Assembly (NCBI GenBank): GCA_035084275.1
Contig: CM068749.1
Location: forward strand, 17,484,001-17,548,000
Source: Hydrolagus colliei
Lineage: Eukaryota
DNA: 64,000 bases
Reading direction: 5' to 3'
How positions within the stretch are numbered: the first letter of the stretch is position 1; each line of letters begins with the position of its first letter. A program made the translations under genes and the position numbers. The notes below the pieces were generated by a model that was not told the DNA's origin, did not search any database, and saw only the letters and a list, made by a program, of their open reading frames with translations. Of this stretch, positions 63,688 through 64,000 are shown one piece after another.

Positions 63688-63765
63688 AAACAACAAAAAC
63701 AACAGCTAATATTGAAAAATCATAGCACCCTCCACGTGGGGCAACATCTCAGAGCGCTTAACACA
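63688..63765 (-). mobile_element. L2 3' tail
   Basis: ATAGCACCCTCCACG...CATCTCAGAGCGCTTAACA is a close reverse complement of the tail at 60368-60410. Confidence 0.75.
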
Positions 63766-64000
63766 AATAATATTTATATGTGTTTGGTTCCATTTTTGTA
63801 TGCTGTTTTCTTTAAATTAATTGGTGTCATTGGGCGCTTTCCATTCTTCACTATTTCTCACTGTTTCATTTGTGGCCAAACTGTCATTAATGTGTTATCA
63901 ACATCCCACTGTACTGTTCACCTGCTCTCCCCATTGCTTAGATTACTGCTCACCCAGAGCCCTGCATATATATATATATACACAGAGTACAAAGGCTTGA

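Noticed and set aside
1-64000. Known miRNA hairpins, snRNA/rRNA genes, CRISPR arrays, operon-like systems
   Set aside because: None recognised by eye; the sequence is eukaryotic non-coding DNA. An Infernal/Rfam scan would be needed to exclude small RNAs formally.

Overview
Vertebrate genomic DNA, AT-rich and essentially non-coding, with one 268-N assembly gap. The repeat complement points to a cartilaginous fish, most plausibly a chimaera such as Callorhinchus milii (inference from recalled repeat consensus, not a search). That complement comprises tRNA-Ala-headed SINEs with a Deu domain and L2-type tail, SacSINE1-like DeuSINEs, an LF-SINE-like copy, a further ancient tRNA-SINE family, CR1 and L2 fragments, and a Penelope-like terminus. 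No host protein-coding gene is recognisable; the only ORFs with real homology are pieces of LINE ORF2 (L2 at about 9.6-10.3, 34.2-34.8 and 60.0-60.4 kb; CR1 at 45.7-46.4 kb). The first ~2.5 kb looks like a promoter/5' non-coding exon region, and the rest looks like a large intron or gene desert. I found no convincing new protein-based system. The best leads are recurrent tail-out inverted SINE pairs, a SINE-head/L2 chimera, a decayed hammerhead ribozyme in a Penelope-like end, an LF-SINE-like copy and a candidate minus-strand exon. Boundaries of old repeats are approximate (about +/-20-30 bp), and family names come from memory of consensus sequences.
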